From the NCBI GenBank assembly GCA_044376115.1, contig JBILLK010000002.1, positions 64,001 through 128,000 on the forward strand: a DNA stretch of 64,000 nucleotides. The letters are read 5' to 3'. Below are positions 1 through 8,573 of this stretch, piece by piece; the first letter of the stretch is position 1, and every line of letters begins with the position of its first letter. The position numbers and the translations under genes are program-made. The notes under the pieces were generated by a model. That model ran no database searches and was not told the DNA's origin. It saw only the letters and a list, made by a program, of their open reading frames with translations. Source of the DNA: Polyangiaceae bacterium. Lineage in GTDB: Bacteria > Myxococcota_A > Polyangia > Polyangiales > Polyangiaceae.

Positions 1-592
1 GGTCCTCGGCGATCTGATAGAGCGCGAAAGCGTCGAGCCACAGCTGGGCCTCTGCGCCGGTCGCCTCGATCTCGACGTCGGGGCAGGAGAAGGCGTGCAT
101 ACCGATCGTGCGCGCCTCACTCTGGCCACCGAGGCCGATCACCGCGAGCCGGTAGAGCGCATGCGGGCCGCCGTCGTCGATCAGCTTGAGCCAGGTCGCC
201 GCGTCGTAGCCGGCCTTCGATTGTTCGATGCGGAAAGCGATCGCGCCGGCTTGATGCAGCGCGTGCGCGAGCTTGGCGATCGGGGCTCGGGAGCTGTGCA
301 GCTCTGCGGGAAGCTCGAGCACCAGCGCGCCGGGCGCGGAGTCGATCAGCGCGAGGTCCTCGTCCGTGCAGGTGCCGAAGGAGAACGCCTCGGCGAAGGA
401 GCCGTCTTCTGGATTGGGTTCGAAGTGAAGCCCGACGCGCAGGCCCAGCGACTCCGCTTCGAGCGCGCTGCCATCGGGCGCGACGCGGAACTCCTTGCTG
501 AGCTTCTGCGCGAGGTCCTCCACGCTCGTGCGAGCCGTGGGAACAAACAGCGTGACGACGGTGTGGGCCCGCAGGGCGGGTTGGGCGGCCAT
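1..592 (-). CDS. Hypothetical protein, DUF4261-like (runs off window start; not in ORF track)
   Basis: Hand-translated open frame from ATG 592: MAAQPALRAHTVVTLFVP...ARTIGMHAFSCPDVEIE...LYQIAED; TxGMHxFxxPDxE resembles DUF4261-type proteins; TATGGT -10 box 6 nt upstream. Confidence 0.6.
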   Translation of the reverse strand, partial: MAAQPALRAHTVVTLFVPTARTSVEDLAQKLSKEFRVAPDGSALEAESLGLRVGLHFEPNPEDGSFAEAFSFGTCTDEDLALIDSAPGALVLELPAELHSSRAPIAKLAHALHQAGAIAFRIEQSKAGYDAATWLKLIDDGGPHALYRLAVIGLGGQSEARTIGMHAFSCPDVEIEATGAEAQLWLDAFALYQIAED

Positions 593-791
593 GCGCGCAC
601 CATAGCGCAAGCTGCACGACAGCCGCTAAGCCTCATGCCTTCCGCCATGCAGTCGAGGAGCGTGAAAGCCCCGATTCCCAAATGGAAGACCGGGCCCCGC
701 GACAATCCTTCTCTGAGGAGACGGCACGCTCCCCGAACGATGCGCTCACGGTTGAGCGCGCGCGCTCTGGGCAGCGGCCGATGCGGAAAAC

Positions 792-1442
792 ATGCGACAA
801 GCACTGAGTGGTTTTGTGTGTCTGGCGATGGCGTTCTCGAGCGTGGGTTGCGAGCCGGGAGAGAGCGATGCGCAAGCCGAACGTGGTTTGGCGCCGGGCG
901 ATGACACCGAAGCCGTGAGCCTCTCACAGAGCGCAGGCTCCTTTGCGATCGACGCGCCCGGAGCGTTCAATGGCTTCGATCTTTCGATCGGCTGGTCCTA
1001 CGTCGATGCTGAGGGCAACAGCGGTGGGACCAGCATCCCCGTCTATCAAGTAGCCCCGGCAGCGAGCTGCGATGCCTGCTTCTTGCCGGGCACGATTGAG
1101 CTCGGCGAAGCGATCGACGACTTCGTCGTAAGGGCCTGCTTGGCGACGCCGGAGGCCGAGGAGACCTGTCAGCTCAGCGAGCAGATTGAGGGTTTGCGCC
1201 TCGCCGACTTGCTCTTGCCGATGACCTCTCCGGAGGGCGAGCCGATGGCGATCTCTTCGGTCCACGCGACGTTCTACCGCAGCTACGAACGCTGGGATGA
1301 TTCGGTCGATTACGACGGTGAACTGGTGCCGTACCCGAGGATCGATACGGCGCAGGTCGAACTCGAGTTGCAAGCGGATGGCTCGCTCGTGCCGGTCTCT
1401 GGCTGGGTGTTCGAGATTGACGCGCTGAACTCCCAGCCGTGA
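792..1442 (+). CDS. Hypothetical lipoprotein
   Basis: Signal peptide ending SSVGC, acidic beta-rich mature part. Confidence 0.7.
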   Translation: MRQALSGFVCLAMAFSSVGCEPGESDAQAERGLAPGDDTEAVSLSQSAGSFAIDAPGAFNGFDLSIGWSYVDAEGNSGGTSIPVYQVAPAASCDACFLPGTIELGEAIDDFVVRACLATPEAEETCQLSEQIEGLRLADLLLPMTSPEGEPMAISSVHATFYRSYERWDDSVDYDGELVPYPRIDTAQVELELQADGSLVPVSGWVFEIDALNSQP

Positions 1443-1463
1443 GCCTAAAGGCGAGCTGCGAGC

Positions 1464-3041
1464 TCAGTCGGGGTACTTGAGCGACATCTCGAGCTCGGCG
1501 AGCTCCTTCGCGGCCTGCTCGCGCAGCTTGGCGTCGTCCACCTGCAAGAGGGCGCGATAACGCTTCGCTGCCAACTCGAGGCGCTCCACCGAATGCAGCG
1601 CCCGCCCCTCGGGGCGCGGGGTGTGCGCGAGGTCGCTCAAGAACGGCACCGCCTGTTCGAGGCAATAGCCGTGCGCTCGTGCGATCACCGTGCGCGCCGC
1701 CGCGTCCACCGGTTCATCGAACCACGGCCGCGCGATCATCAGCGCTCGCAAGAGGCCCAGCGCGCTCTCACACGAGGGCGCCTGCTGTTCGAGCGCGTTG
1801 AAACGACGTGCGGCCGTCTCCCCGTCGAGCGCGCGCAGCGCAGCCTCGGCGCTGGCGCGGATATTGGTCGCCGTGTCCTTCGGCGGTAACGCTGGCAACG
1901 CGGGCTCGCGCGGCCCACCAACCAGCGGCAACTCGATGCGCGAAGCGCTCGCTGGGATCGCTGGAAAGCGCAGCTCGCTGAGCGCCGTTTGCAGACACGC
2001 GGCGAGCTCGGGCGCTGGGGCCGAGCTGCGGGTGAGCACCACCGAACTCGGTCGCCCATGCGCCGGCAGCTCGATCGCAAAGTCGAGCTCGAGGCCAACC
2101 GCCTGCGGCCCGGCGTCCCAAAAACAGCGGCTGTAGGCGCCCAGGTTGTAGCGCAACACGCGGTTCACCAGGCTCGACTCGATCATCGGCCGCACCACCG
2201 CTCTCGCCACGCGCATCGCCGGCCGCGACGTTTTGCGACACGGCGCTTTGCAGGGCGGCTCCACCGTGGGCTCGGGCACTTGCGGCGCCACGATGCGCAG
2301 CGGCTCGGCGAGCCGGAAGGTATCGCGCGGCACGGGCCTTGGCGCGCGCAAACATTCGACGTGGGTGACCTGGCGTCGCTCCAATTTGGTCCTCGGCGGA
2401 TTGGACGGTGGCGCAGGCTTGGGGCCTCGCTCGAACTGCAAGCCGACGTCGATCGCGAGCTCGCGCCCGGTTGCTGCGAAGTTCGCCGCCGAAGAAAGCT
2501 CCTTGGTCGCGCAGAGGCTCCACTCTGCAAAGCGACCGGCGGGCTCTGGGCCGAGCTTGGAGATCGAACCGTTCGGGCTCAAGAGCAGCGCCAAAGGCAG
2601 CTCGCCCTCGAGCTCCGGCTGCGCGACCAGCGCGTTTGTGTAGCAGCGTTGCAACGCCGGTACGCGCGCTTGCAGCCAGCGGCTCACGTCGGTTTCACTG
2701 CGCGCAAGGTCTTCCCCAGGGCTATCGCTGAAGCGCGGCCCCCACGTTGTTGCAGGCACGGTGAGGGGCGGGAAGCTGAAGGTGGTCGTCCCCACGTCCT
2801 TGTCCATGCTCGCCACGCCAGTGCACAAATCGCTGGCCGCATGCGTCGGCAACGCCAACTCGATCTCGCTCACTAGCAGCGGCTCCGGCACAGTCGGAGC
2901 GAGCCCCGTCTGCGGAGCTGGCTCGATTGGAATTGGGGTGCAGGCCAGCGCCAGACCGCCCAAAGCCGAAAAGACGGGCCTCACGAATCCTCGCAGGCCT
3001 GCGCGAGTCTGGGCGTTGTGCGAAACCTTAGGAGCTGCCAA
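1464..3041 (-). CDS. Lipoprotein with two AgmX/PglI (TonB-C-like) domains and helical TPR-like C-terminus
   Basis: Lipobox LALAC; two motifs 'RWLQARVPALQRCY...PELEG' and 'RVLRYNLGAYSRCF...LAACL...LRFP'; start may be GTG 2984. Confidence 0.7.
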   Translation of the reverse strand: MAAPKVSHNAQTRAGLRGFVRPVFSALGGLALACTPIPIEPAPQTGLAPTVPEPLLVSEIELALPTHAASDLCTGVASMDKDVGTTTFSFPPLTVPATTWGPRFSDSPGEDLARSETDVSRWLQARVPALQRCYTNALVAQPELEGELPLALLLSPNGSISKLGPEPAGRFAEWSLCATKELSSAANFAATGRELAIDVGLQFERGPKPAPPSNPPRTKLERRQVTHVECLRAPRPVPRDTFRLAEPLRIVAPQVPEPTVEPPCKAPCRKTSRPAMRVARAVVRPMIESSLVNRVLRYNLGAYSRCFWDAGPQAVGLELDFAIELPAHGRPSSVVLTRSSAPAPELAACLQTALSELRFPAIPASASRIELPLVGGPREPALPALPPKDTATNIRASAEAALRALDGETAARRFNALEQQAPSCESALGLLRALMIARPWFDEPVDAAARTVIARAHGYCLEQAVPFLSDLAHTPRPEGRALHSVERLELAAKRYRALLQVDDAKLREQAAKELAELEMSLKYPD

Positions 3042-3183
3042 TGAACCGCGAGTCTACACCGAGCGGCCGCACCGCCCTCCAGCCAGCCGCATAGGGCCGC
3101 CCTCGCGCGTGCAGAGCGCCGCTACGAGCATTTATGAAGCTCCGCGAGTCCGAGGAGCATTCACGTATTCGCTGCTAGGCGAC

Positions 3184-3211
3184 TTGAATAGCCCAGTCGT
3201 CTAGCTAAATT
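3184..3211 (+). promoter_or_regulatory. Sigma70-type promoter, leaderless transcript
   Basis: TTGAAT(3184)-16 nt-TAAATT(3206), 6 nt before ATG 3218, no SD. Confidence 0.55.
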
Positions 3212-3217
3212 GCGGCC

Positions 3218-4696
3218 ATGCGACGCGGTCTTGGTTTGCTTGTGGCCACCCTTTCTCTGACTTTCGCGTGCGAAGATTCGGGCTCCGGCGGGGCAGGAGG
3301 CGCTGGCGGTTCTGGGGCGGCAAACAGTGGTGGTGCCGGTGGAGGAGGAGGGGAGGGCGCTGCTAGCCCGAGCGGAACGTTCCCCACGCCGCAGGTCGGC
3401 GGTACCGCCGAGGCCGACGCCCTGGCCAGTGCTCCGGCCCGTTGCGGGCAAGAGGCCTACAGTTGGCTCACGGGCGAACAGCTCGGGCAGGTCACCAAGC
3501 GAACGTCGCCTGCAAGCTTCACTTCGAATCTTTTGACAGCGCTAATCGAGGCCACCGGCGTCGATATTGGCGTCACGCTGCAATACAACGTAGACCTTCA
3601 TTTAATTAGTTATACAACGCAAGACCGTGGCGCCGAGGTGGAGGCAACCACGCTGGTGATGTGGCCCAATAACGTTCCTGCCGGGACCACCCTGCCAACG
3701 CTCTTGTTGTTGCATGGTACCAGCGGCTTCACCGACGGCTGCGGTCCTACCAGCAACAGCGAGGAGCATGCGCTGTACGCGGCGATTGCCTCCGCGGGCT
3801 ACGTGGTGGTGGTACCCGACTACCTTGGTCTCAAGACCGCCGGCGAGCCGGCCACGGGCTTTCCGCATCCGTACCTCGCGGGCCAAGCCACCGCTATCGC
3901 TAGCTTGGATGCCGTGCGGACGCTCCGTCACCTCGAGGCCGATCCAGCGGTCGCCAAGGGGCTCATACCGTCGCCGGAGGTCGTGGTGCTAGGCGGTTCG
4001 CAGGGCGGTCACGCGGCGCTCTGGGTGGACCGCCTGGCGCCGTACTACGCGCGAGAGCTACAGCTTTTGGGCATCGCGGCCACCGTGCCGCCCTCCGATT
4101 TGGAAACGCAGGCGCTGCTCGGTCTGACCGAAGTGCGTCAATCCACCGGCAATATGGTCGCCTTTTGGGGGGCCAGCTCCAGTTGGTATGGACTTGGCTC
4201 CCAGCTGGAGGAGGTGTTCGTCCCGGCCATCGCGACGCAGCTTCAGCCCACCCTCGCGGCCAGCTGCGACCCAAGCGATGCAGTGGACGGCCTCGAGACC
4301 TTGGAGGCAGTGTTTCAACCGCAGGTGCTCAGCGCCGCGGCCTCGGGTGATCTCGCTTCGCTCGGTCCGTGGGGCTGTATGGTGCTCGAGAACGGTCTGA
4401 CCAGCACGAGCATTACGCGCATCCAGGAGGACCCCGCTTCCTACGGCATCCTGTTCATTACTGGGGAGCAGGATCAGCTGGTGGATACCCCCACCGAGCG
4501 CGCTGCCTTCAGCACCTTGTGCAACGCCGGCCTGCCCATGCAGTACCTCGAATGCGCCGGGGCTTCCCACACCAAGGCCACGGCCTGGTCCCTCCCAGAG
4601 ATTCTGGCCTTCCTCCAAGCCCGTGCCGCCAAGACGCCGTTCAGCCCCAACTGCAGCGTACCGGCGCCGAGCGTTTGCAGCGCCACCTCCGAGTGA
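3218..4696 (+). CDS. Secretory lipase-family alpha/beta hydrolase lipoprotein
   Basis: Lipobox TFAC, Gly-rich linker, HGTSG, PDYLG, nucleophile GGSQGG, D (GEQDQLV) and H (ASH). Confidence 0.85.
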   Translation: MRRGLGLLVATLSLTFACEDSGSGGAGGAGGSGAANSGGAGGGGGEGAASPSGTFPTPQVGGTAEADALASAPARCGQEAYSWLTGEQLGQVTKRTSPASFTSNLLTALIEATGVDIGVTLQYNVDLHLISYTTQDRGAEVEATTLVMWPNNVPAGTTLPTLLLLHGTSGFTDGCGPTSNSEEHALYAAIASAGYVVVVPDYLGLKTAGEPATGFPHPYLAGQATAIASLDAVRTLRHLEADPAVAKGLIPSPEVVVLGGSQGGHAALWVDRLAPYYARELQLLGIAATVPPSDLETQALLGLTEVRQSTGNMVAFWGASSSWYGLGSQLEEVFVPAIATQLQPTLAASCDPSDAVDGLETLEAVFQPQVLSAAASGDLASLGPWGCMVLENGLTSTSITRIQEDPASYGILFITGEQDQLVDTPTERAAFSTLCNAGLPMQYLECAGASHTKATAWSLPEILAFLQARAAKTPFSPNCSVPAPSVCSATSE

Positions 4697-4795
4697 TTCG
4701 CCTGAACGATCACTCTGTCTCACGACGAACTGCGTTCGCTGCTCGGCGACTTGATCAAAACGAAGTCTGGTTTGAACCCGCGCTGAAGGCCCGCT

Positions 4796-5947
4796 TTGGC
4801 GCCGTCCCGCGAACGGCTAGCTCCTTCAGTGATTGCCGCAAAACGGCGAAGCGTGCACCCTTCTTGGGTGACGCCGCGGACCCTACGCCACTGGGACGAT
4901 GAAGCGTTCTGGCAGCGGTGCCGCGGAGTCCCGCTTGCAGACGCGCTGCGCGACGTGGACCAGCTACCAAGTGACCTGCAGAGTTGCTACGACGGTAGGG
5001 TCATCCCGCTCTTGTTTCGCGGCCTCAGTAGCGATGATGAGCTATTGCGCGCCCAAGCGCACCTACGGTTGACCGATGAGATCGAGCATCAAGGCACCCA
5101 CTTCGCGAGCACGGGCAAGGTGGTGCCTCTCTTGGCGGCCTTGCTTGCGGCGAACCTCGCCGGAGGCGAGACACCTTGGCTCGTAGAAACGCTGCGCACT
5201 CCAGGCCTATGGCGGTTGGTCCCTGTCGACTTGCGCCGGCAGTTGGGTGAGGTTGAGAGAAGTCCGCTTCATCGCAGTTGGTATGCGCAAGCTCCTGGGC
5301 TTCGCGAGTGTGAGCGGGGCCTCGCTATTGGGCCAGTCGACGCTGAGCTAGGGCCTCTGCGCAGCAGCAGGCGTTGGCATCGAAACGGTCAACTCGCCGA
5401 AGCAGGGTGCTACTTCGATTTGGGCGATCGGATGCTCAAGCATGGCGACTGGCAATGTTGGGCGAGTGATGGCCGGCTGCTCGGTCAGTATTCGATGCAA
5501 CGTGGGAGTGGAGTTGAACGCGGCTGGTTCGATAGCGGCGAGCCTGCGCGCGAGCTTCAGCTTAGCTTGGGGCTGCCCGATGGAATCGAACGCCGCTGGG
5601 CCGAGGCCGGAACGATCTTGCACGAGACGGCGTGGAAGGCCGGAAAACGAAACGGTGACGACAAAAGTTACTTCCCCTCTGGAGTAGCCCAAAGCGTCGG
5701 TAGCTATGTTGACGGCATGGCCGAGGGAGTGTTTCGCGAGTGGAGTCCTGACGGCGAGTTGGTGGTCGAGCAAGTTTACGCGCGGGACAAGAAGCACGGG
5801 CGCGCAACCACGTACGCCGCTGGTCAGAAGCGAACGGAAGGCTTCTACCGCGATGGTAAGAGACACGGCCTTTGGCAAAGCTGGAACGAACGTGGTGAGC
5901 TCGAGCGCGCGGTCACTTGGAAAAACAACCGGCCGGATAAGCCCTAA
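4796..5947 (+). CDS. MORN2-repeat / YwqK-like antitoxin-type protein with helical N-domain
   Basis: C-terminal repeats WHRNGQL, KHGDWQCWASDG, GKRNG..SYFPSG, GKRHGLWQSWNERG; start uncertain. Confidence 0.75.
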   Translation: MAPSRERLAPSVIAAKRRSVHPSWVTPRTLRHWDDEAFWQRCRGVPLADALRDVDQLPSDLQSCYDGRVIPLLFRGLSSDDELLRAQAHLRLTDEIEHQGTHFASTGKVVPLLAALLAANLAGGETPWLVETLRTPGLWRLVPVDLRRQLGEVERSPLHRSWYAQAPGLRECERGLAIGPVDAELGPLRSSRRWHRNGQLAEAGCYFDLGDRMLKHGDWQCWASDGRLLGQYSMQRGSGVERGWFDSGEPARELQLSLGLPDGIERRWAEAGTILHETAWKAGKRNGDDKSYFPSGVAQSVGSYVDGMAEGVFREWSPDGELVVEQVYARDKKHGRATTYAAGQKRTEGFYRDGKRHGLWQSWNERGELERAVTWKNNRPDKP

Positions 5948-6003
5948 CCACGCTTCTCTGCCACCTTGCGCTCTTCTAGGAGCTCGTTCCGGCGAGCGGA
6001 GCG

Positions 6004-7347
6004 CTAAAAGACGATGCGACCGCTGAGCACCCCGCCGTGGCCGTCCTCTTGTTCGGAGAAGCGTCGTTCGCCGAGGTATTGCGCTGTTACGCGGACGCGG
6101 TCGGCGCGGCTGCCGTGGGCGGCGGGATAGAAGCTCAGGCCGCCTTCCAGAAAGCCTGTGAGCCGCGGGTCGAAGCTCTCGTCGAGCTCGACCAAACCGA
6201 CTCGTGCGATCGGCTCGAGCGCGAGCTGTTCGCTTAGACGCAGGAACCAGGAGGCCTGCGTGTAAGCGCCTTGTGCGACGAGCGGTCGCACCGAAAGCTC
6301 GTTCGTCTGCCGGCGATGCAGATACTCGACGCCGAGGTAAAGCCCGCGGTAGCTCATGCGCAGCGAGCCGGAGAAACGCAGGTCCAACATCGACGACGAG
6401 CCGTAGCCGGTGCGGTCGAAGAGCTCGGCCGGCCGCACCAAGGCGCCGGCGCCAAGCCCCAGCCGAAACGGCCCCTCGAAGGGATCGCCCTCGCCAACCT
6501 GAAACGGCCCGAAGGGCTGCGCGTCGGCGCGCGCGCTGAGCACCACGCCACGCGGCGTGAGGCCCTCGAGCGTGAGGCCCAAACTCTCGCCCAGAAATGC
6601 ACCGACCGAGCCGGTGAAGACCCCGCCGGTGAGCTTGGTTTGCAGCAGCGCGCCCACGTCCGAGCCGCTGACGAAGACCTCGTTGGGAGAGGCGCGATTC
6701 GGAAACATCAAGGCAAAGCTCGGGCTCTGTAGCTGGGTGGTGAACGGGATCAGCATCACGCCCGCCTTGAGGCCGAACTCCGGAACCGGCAGGTATCCCA
6801 TCGACGCTTCCTCCAGCAGCGCCGCAGGAAAGCGCTTGGACCTGGCGACGATGGCGTCGAGCGAGCCGTTGCCTTCGAAGTCCACGCCCTCCACCCCGGT
6901 CAGCGCCTCTAGCGTCCGCGAGCTGAGGATGGCGTGCACCAGAGCGCGAAAGTCTTTGAGGACCGTCGCTTCAACGATCAGCCCCGATTGACCAGTAAAC
7001 GCTAACTCCCATTCGTCCCGCGGCAGCGCGTCTGCACGATAACGAAAGCCGAGTCCCGCCTGGACATAGCCCCTTAGCGAAAGCTCGACGTCCGGGGTCT
7101 TTTCCGCGGGCGGCGGTGCGGAGGCCGGGGGAGGGGGCACGACCGGGGCGGCCGGTTCGGTGGGTTCGGTTTCGGTTTCGGTGGGCTTTGCCTGGTCTTG
7201 TGCGGCTTTTGCCTCGTCTTCGTCTTCGGCGGGCGCCTTCTCGCGCTCCGCCTTCTCCTCCGCTGGCGGCGCAGACTTCGCCTTCTGTGCAAGGACGCTG
7301 GTGGGTTGAAGCAGCGCCAAGATCCCGAGCGCGAGCCAGAACCTCAT
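6004..7347 (-). CDS. Outer-membrane beta-barrel, porin O/P-like
   Basis: Sec signal, Pro/Glu linker, 'LRGYVQ' first strand, amphipathic strands, C-terminal Phe (GRIVF). Confidence 0.7.
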   Translation of the reverse strand: MRFWLALGILALLQPTSVLAQKAKSAPPAEEKAEREKAPAEDEDEAKAAQDQAKPTETETEPTEPAAPVVPPPPASAPPPAEKTPDVELSLRGYVQAGLGFRYRADALPRDEWELAFTGQSGLIVEATVLKDFRALVHAILSSRTLEALTGVEGVDFEGNGSLDAIVARSKRFPAALLEEASMGYLPVPEFGLKAGVMLIPFTTQLQSPSFALMFPNRASPNEVFVSGSDVGALLQTKLTGGVFTGSVGAFLGESLGLTLEGLTPRGVVLSARADAQPFGPFQVGEGDPFEGPFRLGLGAGALVRPAELFDRTGYGSSSMLDLRFSGSLRMSYRGLYLGVEYLHRRQTNELSVRPLVAQGAYTQASWFLRLSEQLALEPIARVGLVELDESFDPRLTGFLEGGLSFYPAAHGSRADRVRVTAQYLGERRFSEQEDGHGGVLSGRIVF

Positions 7348-8573
7348 GGGTAGTTCACCCCGGCGGCCATCACCGCCACCGCCGTAAAGGTCTCCCCGCC
7401 CGATTCAAAGTCGGGCCCTGCCACGAGCCATAAGGTGGTCCCGTCGGCATAGTAATCGAGCGAATAGGGGCTTAAAAAAGGTGCGGCGCCCAAAGCCGAG
7501 ACCGGCTTCTTCCACTCCGCCTCGCGAGCGGGGAGGGAACGATCGTCGCGCACGAGCACGTTGGTATTGAGCGCCTTGCGCAGATCGCGGCTGGCCTGCC
7601 AAGCCTGTGCGCCGAGCTGCTTTCCGCTCGCGTCGATCGCGCTCACGAGGGCGCCGTTGTCTCCCGCGCCAACCAAGTAGATCTGCTCGCCCCAGCGCTG
7701 CACGCCGCTCGGCTCCATGCCTTCGACCGAGCGAAAGCGCCCACCTTCGCCGTCCACGATGAACAGCCGCCCATCCTCGGCCAGGCCCACATAGCGCCCC
7801 GGCGACACCGGCAGGAGATCGCCCAAGAGGCCTGCAGGCGCTAGCTCCTCGGCCCCGTTTACCCCGACTTCGTCCAGCGTGGTGCCATCGCGATCGAGCA
7901 AGACCGCCTGTTCACGTGGGCCGTCCTTGGTTTGCTTGCGATACACGATTACGCCTTGTTGCGTCGCTGGGTCGCCGCCCACGCCCAAGACCTCGAAGTC
8001 GCTGCCGGAGTCGGCGCTTTCGCCGAGCAATGTGTAGATCCCGGCGCTGAGATCGACCAACACCTGGAAGGGCCTCGGGTCGGTTGGGCTCTGAATCCAG
8101 GCGACGGTGCTCACGCGGCTGGGGCTGTCGATCACCAGCGGGAGAACGGCGATGAAGGAGAGATCGGCGCCGGTGCTTGGGTCGCGCTCGAGCAGCCGTT
8201 TGCAGCCGCCGTGGCGGCCGGAGACGCGCACCAGCGCGCCGCCCGATTGGTAATAAGCCGCGTCCTGCGCGCGGCCAACCCAGCGCTTTACGCCAGTCCC
8301 GTCGGTCACTTGGCAGCTGGCCGTAAAGCCCCCGCTGGCCTGCCCAACCCAAACGTTGGTGGTGCCTTCGTCGGGATCGCCAAACAGTACATAGATATTG
8401 CCGGAGCGGTCGCTGATCGGCGGTACGAAGGCGAGAGGAAGCTCGCCCCGGACGTTGGCGAAGTAGCGAGGGGTATCGAAGCTGCCGGGCGAAAGCTCAG
8501 GCTCACAGCTCGTAAGTAGGCCCAGCCCCAAGGCGATAAAGCCGAGGCTCGCGGCGAGTGCGCCGGCTCTCAC
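7344..8573 (-). CDS. Hypothetical lipoprotein, probable beta-propeller
   Basis: Lipobox LTSC; beta-rich; 4-bp overlaps with both neighbours. Confidence 0.7.
   Translation of the reverse strand: MRAGALAASLGFIALGLGLLTSCEPELSPGSFDTPRYFANVRGELPLAFVPPISDRSGNIYVLFGDPDEGTTNVWVGQASGGFTASCQVTDGTGVKRWVGRAQDAAYYQSGGALVRVSGRHGGCKRLLERDPSTGADLSFIAVLPLVIDSPSRVSTVAWIQSPTDPRPFQVLVDLSAGIYTLLGESADSGSDFEVLGVGGDPATQQGVIVYRKQTKDGPREQAVLLDRDGTTLDEVGVNGAEELAPAGLLGDLLPVSPGRYVGLAEDGRLFIVDGEGGRFRSVEGMEPSGVQRWGEQIYLVGAGDNGALVSAIDASGKQLGAQAWQASRDLRKALNTNVLVRDDRSLPAREAEWKKPVSALGAAPFLSPYSLDYYADGTTLWLVAGPDFESGGETFTAVAVMAAGVNYP

Noticed and set aside
95..927. ORF-track frames 95-904(+), 117-617(-), 346-927(-)
   Set aside because: Arg-rich non-coding-like translations; the credible gene is the unlisted minus frame starting at 592
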